This document shows, piece after piece, positions 20,674 through 28,756 of a stretch of 32,000 nt of DNA. Position 1 is the stretch's first letter; every line of letters starts with the position of its first letter. Origin of the DNA: Dehalococcoidia bacterium (GTDB lineage: Bacteria > Chloroflexota > Dehalococcoidia > Lucifugimonadales > UBA3495). The notes below the pieces were generated by a model. That model did no database searches. It had not been told where the DNA came from and worked only from the letters and a program-made list of their open reading frames with translations. Location: assembly GCA_965204685.1 (NCBI GenBank), contig OZ242004.1, positions 1,569,757 to 1,601,756 of the forward strand. Direction: 5' to 3'. The position numbers and the translations under genes are program-made.

Positions 20674-22512
20674 ATGGCAAAATACCAGTCAGAATCGCTA
20701 AACGAGATCCGCAATCGGAGCGATTGCGCACGGGCGGTGGTCTTCCTGCACGGCTTTTCCGGCAACCGTGATGACACCTGGGATAACCTCCCATTTCGGT
20801 TCGGCACAGCTGATGGGACTTGGGATATCTACACGCTGGGTTACGCGACCACTTTAGGCCCGGACTTACTGGGTTTTTGGTCGGGTGATCCCGATCTTCC
20901 CATCCTCGCTACCATGCTGAGCACCCAATTTGCGCATGATCCGCTCAGGCGTTACCAATCGCTCGCACTCGTGGCGCACAGCATGGGCGGCCTGGTGGTA
21001 CAGCGAGCTTTGATGGACGACTCGGAATTGGCCGACCGTATGCGAACTGTCATCCTGTTCGGGACACCAAGCGCAGGGGCCCGCAAGGCGTCTTGGATGC
21101 AGAAATGGAAACGGCAGCTAAGAAACATGGCGCCCGGTAGCGAGTTCATCACATCGCTGAGACGGGATTGGGATGTCCGATTCGGAATTAACCCTCCCTT
21201 CGACCTCAGGGTCGTCGCAGGCGAGCAAGATCGGTTTGTGTCTGCTGAGTCCAGCCTCGGACCCTTCCCCAAGGAATTTCTTCATGTCATCTCCGGGGAT
21301 CACCACACTATGCTCCGGCCATCCGGCCAACGTTCTCCGACCATGAGACTACTGTTGTCGGCCTTGTGTGGTGAACCTACGGAGGGTGAAACCTCGGAGC
21401 CGTTCACTGCGGTGGCGGAGGTACCGGACTTTGCGGCACCTGCGCTGATCGACGAGCACGGAGAAAAGATGTCGGAGGAGGACATTGTGCGCGCCGCTCT
21501 CGCGTGGGAGCAAAACGGCAGGCGCGACCAGGCAATCGCGCTGCTTCAACGCTATCAAGCACTCGGGACCGACGTCCAGGGCACCCTGGCAGGTCGGATA
21601 AAGCGACTATGGTTGGAAAACGAAGACCCGGGTTCCGCACAGCACGCGCTTGACCTATATCGAGGTGCCCTTGACAGGGCACGAGAGAGCTGTGACAGGG
21701 ATCAGATTTACTACCATGCCATCAACATTGCGTTTCTTGAATTAGCTGCCTTCAACCGCGTCGGCAGCACCAGCAAGATGGCGGCATTGGCTCTTGAAAA
21801 CGCCAGCCTTGTTGAAGCGAGTGTGTGGAGCGTCGCCACTCAGGCTGAGGCAAACCTGTACTTGGGTCGGTTCGAGCGGGCTTTGGAGCTTTACCGCAGC
21901 CTGTCCGAAATCGAAACGGAGCCGTGGCAGTACGCTTCAACAGCTCTACAGGCGGGGCAAATCGCCATCAAACTTGACAACCCCGAACTGGTGGATAGTT
22001 TGGAGGAGATCTTCACGCCCACCGTAAACCAGGCGAACGGGATATTCGTCGGCTACAGTTCGACGGACGCGGAGTGGACAGACCGGCTTCGCCAGATGTT
22101 GGCACCCTTTCTGCGGGACGGCGATATCGAGCTGAAACTGTGGGTCGCCGACGAAGACGCTCAACCTGACGCCCTACGGCGCGAACGGCTTCAGTCCGCA
22201 CTCGAATCGGCAGGTGTTGCGGTCGTTCTGGTCAGCGCATCGTTCCTGGGGTCGGAGTACGTCATGGAGCACGCTTTGTCGCAGATCGAGAGCGTTGCAT
22301 CCGACGGGACCATCCAGCTGGCCTGGGTATACGTATCCCATGCCCCCTATGAGGTCGCGGAGCTTGAGCCGTTCGAGGCGGCTCACGATACATCCCAACC
22401 CCTGTACGCCCTTTCACGCCCGGAGCAGGACGAAATCCTTTTGAACATCGCGCGAGACATCAAGGCTGCAGCACTCGGAGCGACAGGGCGGTTCCGGTCC
22501 CAGGAACTGTAG
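20674..22512 (+). CDS. three-domain protein: alpha/beta-hydrolase, DUF4071-like helical repeats, C-terminal TIR
   Basis: 612 aa.
- N-terminus: VVFLHGFSG, nucleophile elbow AHSMGG, later GEQDRFV and GDHHTM (Ser-Asp-His candidates).
- Middle: LAGRIKRLWLE...ALDLYRGA...YYHAINIAFLE resembles DUF4071 (MAP3K TRAF-binding-like) repeats.
- C-terminus: IFVGYSSTDAEW...VAVVLVSASFLGSEYVMEHAL is TIR_2-like. Confidence 0.8.
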   Translation: MAKYQSESLNEIRNRSDCARAVVFLHGFSGNRDDTWDNLPFRFGTADGTWDIYTLGYATTLGPDLLGFWSGDPDLPILATMLSTQFAHDPLRRYQSLALVAHSMGGLVVQRALMDDSELADRMRTVILFGTPSAGARKASWMQKWKRQLRNMAPGSEFITSLRRDWDVRFGINPPFDLRVVAGEQDRFVSAESSLGPFPKEFLHVISGDHHTMLRPSGQRSPTMRLLLSALCGEPTEGETSEPFTAVAEVPDFAAPALIDEHGEKMSEEDIVRAALAWEQNGRRDQAIALLQRYQALGTDVQGTLAGRIKRLWLENEDPGSAQHALDLYRGALDRARESCDRDQIYYHAINIAFLELAAFNRVGSTSKMAALALENASLVEASVWSVATQAEANLYLGRFERALELYRSLSEIETEPWQYASTALQAGQIAIKLDNPELVDSLEEIFTPTVNQANGIFVGYSSTDAEWTDRLRQMLAPFLRDGDIELKLWVADEDAQPDALRRERLQSALESAGVAVVLVSASFLGSEYVMEHALSQIESVASDGTIQLAWVYVSHAPYEVAELEPFEAAHDTSQPLYALSRPEQDEILLNIARDIKAAALGATGRFRSQEL

Positions 22513-22852
22513 GGGAGCCGATTTGGATCCGCGACAGCGCGTCTTTGACATCTTGATCAACCGGCATGACCACAGAGAACGGACACTCATCCAGGCAATG
22601 CCCTAGCGAGGCAGGCCGATGCACGCCAAGGCCGCGCTCCGGTGAGCGGAGTGAAAATCAGTATCGAAAACATCAGTTGGCGCACGGAGATGATGAACGG
22701 CTGTCCGAGGACGGTTTTCACCGCAAATGTGCTCTGCGGATTTCAGGGCAATCGAAAGTCCTATGTTGTTCCAGCATAGCTTCGCACGTTTTGTGCTATG
22801 TTAGTCAAGCCGGCACGTGCTGCGCTTCTTGGACGTTCATGGGGATCACGCG

Positions 22853-23422
22853 ATGCGCTCACTACCCAACCGCCGAAAGGTTTTCATCAGCTTCCACAGG
22901 TCAGACATGGAGTACAAGGAACGTTTCGTCTCGATGCTGCATGGCCACGTAGTCGACGGATCCGTTGACACAGGCGACATCATCGACAGCAATCTCCCAC
23001 TGGACGAAATCCGGCGCAGGATACGGGACGATTATATAGCCGACGCCAACGTCACGGTGGTTCTGATCGGCCCATGCACCTGGCAGAGGAAACATGTGGA
23101 TTGGGAGATCAGTTCCAGCCTTAGGCATACCCGAAGCAATTCCAGGTGCGGGCTGCTCGGGATTCGGCTGCCGCACCATACCGATTTCCGCAACGAGAAT
23201 TATGATCCTCACTTGTTGCCTCCAAGATTGGCGGACAACTGCGGAGGTCCGGATCCGTACGCTCAAATCCACCGGTGGTCGGGAAGTTCGAACCAAGTCA
23301 ACACCGTCCTTCGCTGGATCGACCAAGCACTGGAAAGAAGCCGGCGGGGCAACCCAGTTAACAACAGGCGTCAGTTCGGGGAGAATCGGAGAGGTGATTG
23401 CAGGTCAGGTTGGCGAAACTGA
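22853..23422 (+). CDS. ThsB-type TIR-like protein (DUF1863), paralog 1
   Basis: I prefer the start at ATG 22853 (GGGGA 7 nt upstream). KVFISFHRSDMEYKERF, VTVVLIGPCTWQRKHVDWEISSSL and GLLGIRLP reproduce the ThsB layout. Confidence 0.8.
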   Translation: MRSLPNRRKVFISFHRSDMEYKERFVSMLHGHVVDGSVDTGDIIDSNLPLDEIRRRIRDDYIADANVTVVLIGPCTWQRKHVDWEISSSLRHTRSNSRCGLLGIRLPHHTDFRNENYDPHLLPPRLADNCGGPDPYAQIHRWSGSSNQVNTVLRWIDQALERSRRGNPVNNRRQFGENRRGDCRSGWRN

Positions 23423-23554
23423 TAACCGGGCGGCTCAGGATCCGCCAGTTGAACCGATCGCACTCCGCAAATTCATAGCATTGCGCGGCGGACCATAGCC
23501 CCTCATACGAGACCCCGCTTGGGACTACCCTGGCAACCACGAAAGGAACGTGCC

Positions 23555-23908
23555 ATGAAAACGCTGGGGCAGAGGATCAGGGAACTGCGGCAAGGGAAGG
23601 ATTTGTCCCTCCGTGAGTTAGCCGGCAAGATCGGCGTGTCGTCCGCGTTTATGTCCGATGTAGAACTCGGTCGTCGGAACCCGTCCGACCAGCACATGGC
23701 GGCCATAGCCCACGTTTTGGAGACCTCGCTGGAAGAGTTACAACAATTCGACACGCGACCGCCCCTGCGGGAATTCCAGAGAGCGACGCTATCGGACCCC
23801 GGCTACGGCATTGCATTCCGGCAGATGATGGAAAGAAATATCAGCTCAGAGGAACTCCTCCAATTTATTCGTGAACGTGATCAGCGAAGGCGGGAAGAAG
23901 GGTACTGA
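23555..23908 (+). CDS. XRE-family HTH transcriptional regulator
   Basis: I prefer the start at ATG 23555 (AAGGAA upstream). LGQRIRELRQGKDLSLRELAGKIGVSSAFMSDVELGRRNPS is a classic HTH_3 motif. Confidence 0.85.
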   Translation: MKTLGQRIRELRQGKDLSLRELAGKIGVSSAFMSDVELGRRNPSDQHMAAIAHVLETSLEELQQFDTRPPLREFQRATLSDPGYGIAFRQMMERNISSEELLQFIRERDQRRREEGY

Positions 23909-23910
23909 CG

Positions 23911-24614
23911 ATGCGGACCTTTCCGGCCGAATCCGGCCCCTTTTTGCAACGGTACCATTTCGCGGCCGAGGAATTTGAGGTAATCGCGTCGCAAGAGCTG
24001 CGCTCGGTTGATCTGCTTCCGGATGTTCCGGCGCCGATACGCGTGGACCGTTTCATCGAGAAACGGTTCGACATCGTCCCGGAATACGACGATCTTCCCC
24101 ACGGATTGGTGGGTTTCACGAGGTTCGATTTGAAGGGCCCGGCAGAGGTGGTAGTCGCGCGCGATCTGGCGGATGACGGTGGCCAGGCCGCGGAGCGGAG
24201 GATAAAAGCACCCTCGCCCACGAGGCAGGACACATTGTTCTGCACGGACAGCTATTCACGTCGCAATTACGGGACACTACCCGTCCACTGATCGAAATCG
24301 ATGTTGACGTTGCCAATCGAAAAGTTCTCTGCCGAGACGACAACGCGAGCAAGCGCCGTTATGACGGACGCTGGTGGGAGTACCAAGCCAACCAGATGAT
24401 TGGGGCTCTCCTGTTGCCTCGTGCGCTGGTGCTCAAGGCTCTGGAACCCCTGATGACCCTACGGGGACAATTGGGAATGGGCATTTTGGAAGAAGCGAAG
24501 CGTGATGAAGCGGCTGAGACTCTGGCCGATACATTCGATGTGAATCCCGTCGTCGCGCGCATCAGGATCGACCAGATATTCCCCGCGTCGATAGGCGGGC
24601 AGTTGCCGCTGTAA
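23911..24614 (+). pseudogene. ImmA/IrrE-family zinc metallopeptidase, frameshifted
   Basis: The first frame ends at 24291. The HEAGH motif (STLAHEAGHIVLHG) and the rest of the domain (WWEYQANQMIGALLLPR...) are in another frame that runs to 24614. Frames reconcile if the A4 run at 24204-24207 were A5. Start is 2 bp after the XRE stop. Confidence 0.75.
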
Positions 24615-24650
24615 AAATTTTTCGACCGTATTTCCACAATGCAAGCGGAC

Positions 24651-24679
24651 TTGCGTTGATATGTATCAAGTGAGATAAT
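24651..24679 (+). promoter_or_regulatory. possible sigma70-like promoter for the ThsB-like/E2-like pair
   Basis: TTGCGT (24651-24656), a 17-nt spacer, then GATAAT (24674-24679). AAGGAG at 24716-24721 lies 9 nt before ATG 24731. Pattern match only. Confidence 0.35.
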
Positions 24680-24730
24680 CAAATGGTGGGAACCCATTGG
24701 GAATCGAAATCTGATAAGGAGCACCAGACA

Positions 24731-25426
24731 ATGGTTGACAAGGTACGTCATCGGACGTTCATAACTTACCACCAGGAAGACCAGGACGAGGTGGACGAGT
24801 TCATCAAGACGTTCGACCACGAGCGCGACGTATTCATCGCTCGGGCGGTCGGAAGCGACGAAACGATGGAAGACCTGGTCGGTGGCGATGATGACGACTA
24901 CATCATGCGCCAGATCAGGGAAAAATACCTGAACGACACCACCGTGACCCTGGCCTTCATCGGGGAGCGCACGTGGACCAGGAAATTTGTCGATTGGGAA
25001 CTGGCCGCCAGTCTGCATCAGGGTCCGTCGGCGGGCAAACCCAATGGGTTGCTGGCGATCTTGTCGCCCAAGCTAACGAAAGCGATCCTGCCGGACCGGT
25101 TCGTGGACAACTGGGAACCCGGATACGCCCACTTTTACCCATACCCCAAGAATCGGACACAGCTCTCCAATTGGATCGAAGAAGCGTTCAAAGCCCGAGA
25201 GGATGAGAAACAGCGAGAACTCATCAAAAACGGCAGGCGCAAGCTCAGGCGGAACCTCTCTCCGGATCAGCCAGCCAGCCGGCCAACCGTGCAGCCCAAA
25301 CCGGACGGATCGTATTCTGATCCCAACAAGGCCGCCAGAACTGCCGCGGTCGCCACAGGAACGGCTGCCGCCACTCGTTCCGCGACGCCCCGACCGCCGT
25401 ACCTCCACCGCGACAAGAAGCGATGA
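24731..25426 (+). CDS. ThsB-type TIR-like protein (DUF1863), paralog 2, with a disordered basic/Pro-rich tail
   Basis: I prefer the start at ATG 24731 (strong RBS) over 24683. RTFITYHQEDQDEVDEF, VTLAFIGERTWTRKFVDWELAASL and GLLAILSP are colinear with paralog 1. Confidence 0.8.
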   Translation: MVDKVRHRTFITYHQEDQDEVDEFIKTFDHERDVFIARAVGSDETMEDLVGGDDDDYIMRQIREKYLNDTTVTLAFIGERTWTRKFVDWELAASLHQGPSAGKPNGLLAILSPKLTKAILPDRFVDNWEPGYAHFYPYPKNRTQLSNWIEEAFKAREDEKQRELIKNGRRKLRRNLSPDQPASRPTVQPKPDGSYSDPNKAARTAAVATGTAAATRSATPRPPYLHRDKKR

Positions 25427-25995
25427 ACTTGACATTGGACGATGTCCAGTGGCTCGAAAAACACCAGCCGCGTCTTGCGGCTGGTTTGATCGCGCCCTCG
25501 ATCGTAGGGACTTTGGATATCTCAGCCTACTACGACAAGGAAGCGCGAAAAATCGTGACGGGCCCTTATTTTGCCTTCGGACGCCAGGATACTTTCATTG
25601 CCGACCAATTCGTTATCGACATACGGCTGGAAGAAAAGGATAACAACGGCTGGCCCAAAGTCTACGAGGTTGGGCAACGGCACCGGTTGATTGCTGCTCG
25701 CGAAGGCATGCCTTCGGTAGATCTGCACTTTTATGCCGACGGGCATGCCTGCCTCGGCTTTGACTACCCATGGGATCCTCCTCTTACCTTGGACCAATTC
25801 ATGGCTAGCCTGGTCGAGCCCTTCTTTTACCGGCTGGCCTATGTGGGCCTCTACGGAATAGCAGCGGCGCGCGCCGATCTGTGGCCCGAACATTCCCATG
25901 GCAAGGCGGGTTATCAGGAGCATAAAAAGATAGTCGCGCGGGGGAATGCATCCATTCGCCGGAATCAGATTGGTGAACGGCCATTCGGTTTCTAA
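25423..25995 (+). CDS. hypothetical protein with E2/UBC-like active-site layout (prokaryotic E2-like candidate)
   Basis: 190 aa. ATGA overlap with the upstream gene. DLHFYADGHACLGFDYPWDPPLTLDQFMASLVEPFF resembles the H-x-N...G-x-C-L...W-x-P...(helix) UBC catalytic region, preceded by an N-terminal helix and beta-strand-like segments. From recollection only. Confidence 0.45.
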   Translation: MNLTLDDVQWLEKHQPRLAAGLIAPSIVGTLDISAYYDKEARKIVTGPYFAFGRQDTFIADQFVIDIRLEEKDNNGWPKVYEVGQRHRLIAAREGMPSVDLHFYADGHACLGFDYPWDPPLTLDQFMASLVEPFFYRLAYVGLYGIAAARADLWPEHSHGKAGYQEHKKIVARGNASIRRNQIGERPFGF

Positions 25996-26400
25996 GCCCG
26001 AATTCGCCGATGTGATTTGGTGTTGAGATTCAAGTGCGTGATGGGAGCCTCGGAAAAGGCAACAGGCCGTGATGCTGACCGGGATAGACGATGAGAGTGT
26101 TGTTACCGCGCGCATCGCCTCAAATCAAATATTGCCGAACTCGGTCGCGCGAGTCTCCTATCGGACCTACCGGCGAAATTGGAGAACTGGACACCGTCGT
26201 CGGAAAGACCCACCGCAACGCATCGGCCAACCCGCTCTGGGCATCCTTCGGGCACCCTGCACCTTATCGATACCCATCTTTGGTTCGCCAAAGGGCTAAT
26301 ATGTGAACTGCTGGCAGGCCGCTTTCGTTCGCCAGGATCACGGCGGCTTTCCTCGGCCCAAGCACCTTCGCCACGCCATTGCCACAACTCTCGTCCAATC

Positions 26401-26704
26401 CTATTCGCAGTAGCCGGCGTGGTCCGCCCTGATCCCCGCCATCGTAACCTCCCCTCGCTCCAGTTGAGCGCGCAACTGCGCCTCCACCGCCCCGGCGCAG
26501 CGGAACGGCCCCCACCGCGTTGGGCACGGTCAGCCGATGCAGGACGGTGTTGGGGCCCGCCATGCAATCGGCGTACCGACGCACCATCCGATCATCGGCG
26601 TTCACCCCGCAGGCCAACGCGAACCACAGGCAGATTTTCATCGCCAGCGTGATCCACAAACGATGCACGGTTATCTGCCCGAGCGTCCTACGACGGGAAA
26701 CCCA
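26401..26704 (-). pseudogene. possible decayed 3' continuation of the 26705-27220 gene
   Basis: The same frame stays open past the TGA at 26705-26707 (WVSRRRTLGQITVHRLWITLAMKICLWF...). Third-position GC bias then moves to another frame near 26505, which ends ...AGIRADHAGYCE* at 26401. Confidence 0.3.
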
Positions 26705-27220
26705 TCAGGGGCGCCCCACATCGCCGAACACGTCGGACGTCGCCACCGCGGCGAACTCAGGATCGACGAAGTAGCTCTGCAGCGGACTGTGGGCTGCCAC
26801 CGGCCGGGACAAGGTCATCCCCCGCTCTCGCTGGAACCTCCGCAGCGCGTGGCCCATCCGCATCAGCAGCGAGCTCAGCTCCCCCGGCGTCAGCTCCGCA
26901 CGCTGACACAGGGCGTTCCTGTGTATGCCCGCCTCCCCGGCCCGCCACACGTGCCGCGCCATCCGTCGGGCCGCCGGTTCCAGTCCTGCCAGGAATTCGG
27001 AGACCAGGGCCTCCGTCCATTCTCCGGCAGCCGTTTCATTGGATCCCGCCACACCTGATGTCCCGGTGGCCGGCGTCGCTTCCTCACCCCTGCCATCAAG
27101 CGTCTCCGTTGATTCGACGTCGCCGCCCGCAGGTGCGTTTCGCCCTGCGTTCCCAAGCTCCCACAGAACCCGGACCACCTCATCAGCGCTGCCCTCAATT
27201 TCCACGCGCATCTGCGTCAC
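26705..27220 (-). CDS. hypothetical protein, probable winged-helix C-terminal half
   Basis: GTG start with AAGGGAG 7 nt upstream. Strong third-position GC bias. RRMARHVWRAGEAGIHRNALCQRAELTPGELSSLLMRMGHALRRF looks wHTH-like. Confidence 0.55.
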   Translation of the reverse strand: MTQMRVEIEGSADEVVRVLWELGNAGRNAPAGGDVESTETLDGRGEEATPATGTSGVAGSNETAAGEWTEALVSEFLAGLEPAARRMARHVWRAGEAGIHRNALCQRAELTPGELSSLLMRMGHALRRFQRERGMTLSRPVAAHSPLQSYFVDPEFAAVATSDVFGDVGRP

Positions 27221-27526
27221 GGTGACACTCCCTTATCGTCGCTATCATCTTCGCAGCTGCGCCGCAGAGGACGCCGCCTGAAGTTTGCCAGACAACTTCC
27301 CCCGCCGCGACGGTTCCGCATCCCTGCGTCCGGACCGGCTTCGAGTATATGGTCAAGGGCCGGGCACATCGGTGAAACCATTGCCTTTTCAGCTTTTCAT
27401 TCCGTGCCGGAGGCGGGAGCGTGGATCGAAGGCGACGCCGGAAGGAACCTCGGACCGGTTCTGCCGATGCCGAACATGGGTCATTCGCCCGAACTCTCAC
27501 AGCAAGCGTGGCCTCTGCCCGCGACG

Positions 27527-28387
27527 CTATCCGTGCGCCAAAACCGGATTTGATGCGGGCCCGTCGCCGAACCCCAGCGCACGTCGCACCGTCTCGTCGC
27601 TCCGCACCAGCCGCACCGCCGCCGTGGGCCAGTCTGGGTTGTTGGGGTTGACCACCTCGTGGCGTTCCACGATCCCAGCCTGCTGGTACTCGTCGACCAG
27701 CCTCCGGCATTCGTGCTCGGTCCAACCCATCCCCCAATCCAACATCCACTGGTTGCACAACATGCTGTAGCCCACGAAGTTCATCCGGCCCTCCAGACGG
27801 TACATCTCCCGCACAAACCGCCCCAGAAGGTCATCAACGCCAGTATCTTCGACTTCAGGAACCGCTGCGACAGGCGCGTCCACGTCGCCGTGCTCCGCCA
27901 GTTGGATGCCCAGCTCGGCCTCCAGGGGAAACAGCGGCGCTGTGGCCAGCATGTCCCGCGACACCGACTGGCTGAAGGCACACAGCACGATGCGACGCCC
28001 GTGGAGCCTGGCCCGGTCCACCAGGACCTGGTAGTCGGCGTCTCCGGAGCCCAGAATGATGGTACCGCAGTCCTCCCGGTCCCGGATCCATTCGTAAACC
28101 TCCAGCAGGATGGCCGGATCAGACCGGTCCTTGCCAGCGGCGGTACGCGGTGCATGATACGGCACGATGTCGTGCTCCGCGAACTCGCGGCCATCGTCGG
28201 GCCGGAGCGACCAGTCGCCGAAGGCCTTGCCTCCCTTCACCTCTCCAAACACGCCGCCCACGTCCGTAATGGCCCGGCACAGGTCGCCCGGGCTGACCCT
28301 GCGCTGGTAGAGTTGCCCGCCCCGACGGATGTTCTCCCAGTCGATGGCGATCTTTACTCCCTGCCGTTGCTGACTCATGGAACCCAT
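27527..28387 (-). CDS. NYN/LabA-like (DUF88) domain protein with C-terminal helical domain
   Basis: I prefer the start at MGSMSQQ. VKIAIDWENI, GKDRSDPAILLEV and IILGSGDADYQVLVDRARLHGRRIVL reproduce the NYN/LabA acidic-residue layout. Confidence 0.75.
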   Translation of the reverse strand: MGSMSQQRQGVKIAIDWENIRRGGQLYQRRVSPGDLCRAITDVGGVFGEVKGGKAFGDWSLRPDDGREFAEHDIVPYHAPRTAAGKDRSDPAILLEVYEWIRDREDCGTIILGSGDADYQVLVDRARLHGRRIVLCAFSQSVSRDMLATAPLFPLEAELGIQLAEHGDVDAPVAAVPEVEDTGVDDLLGRFVREMYRLEGRMNFVGYSMLCNQWMLDWGMGWTEHECRRLVDEYQQAGIVERHEVVNPNNPDWPTAAVRLVRSDETVRRALGFGDGPASNPVLAHG

Positions 28388-28710
28388 TTCCTGCCCTGCC
28401 GCGCGAGGCCAGTCCCCAGGCCTGACGGAGATCTGCCACCCCACCCCAGGCCATAGCATGGCAGCCGACCCGCAGTCCCCGGCCCCGGCCGTAACCTGAC
28501 TGGACAACTGAGAGGGTGACAATACGATAGCCGCCCACAACGGTTATTCTGCGAGCGGCCAAACTGAAGGGGGTGTCGCGTGGGGCCACACCACACGACA
28601 CGATCATTGTAAGTCGCTGGTGGGCACGCCGCAATGTGGGCCGTAGTTATCCGGCATGGTTTCCGGTGGCGATGTGACAGCAGCGAATTTCGCAAGTTGA
28701 CCAGACAATT

Positions 28711-28756
28711 CCACTGCGGGCGGCCAGCCGTTCGTCAGCCGTCACCCCCGCAGTGG
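28711..28756. repeat. 10-bp perfect inverted repeat (stem-loop) CCACTGCGGG ... CCCGCAGTGG
   Basis: Read directly at 28711-28720 and 28747-28756, with a 26-nt loop, in a region with no convincing ORF. Confidence 0.5.

Noticed and set aside
22566-22952. 128-aa plus-strand ORF spanning the gap between the hydrolase-TIR gene and ThsB-like paralog 1
   Set aside because: It overlaps the well-supported ThsB-like start in another frame and has a Cys/Ser/Arg-rich composition with no motif. The region is more likely a 340-bp regulatory spacer.
25996-26400. Protein-like minus-strand snippets (LDESCGNGVAKVLGPRKAAVILANESGLPAVHILALW; PKDAQSGLADALRWVFPTT) that faintly recall IS256/Mutator-type transposases
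   Set aside because: The similarity is only a few residues (D-A-x-x-G-L...FP). The characteristic downstream Q-R-C-x-V-H motif is absent in every frame. Best left as unassigned gene debris.
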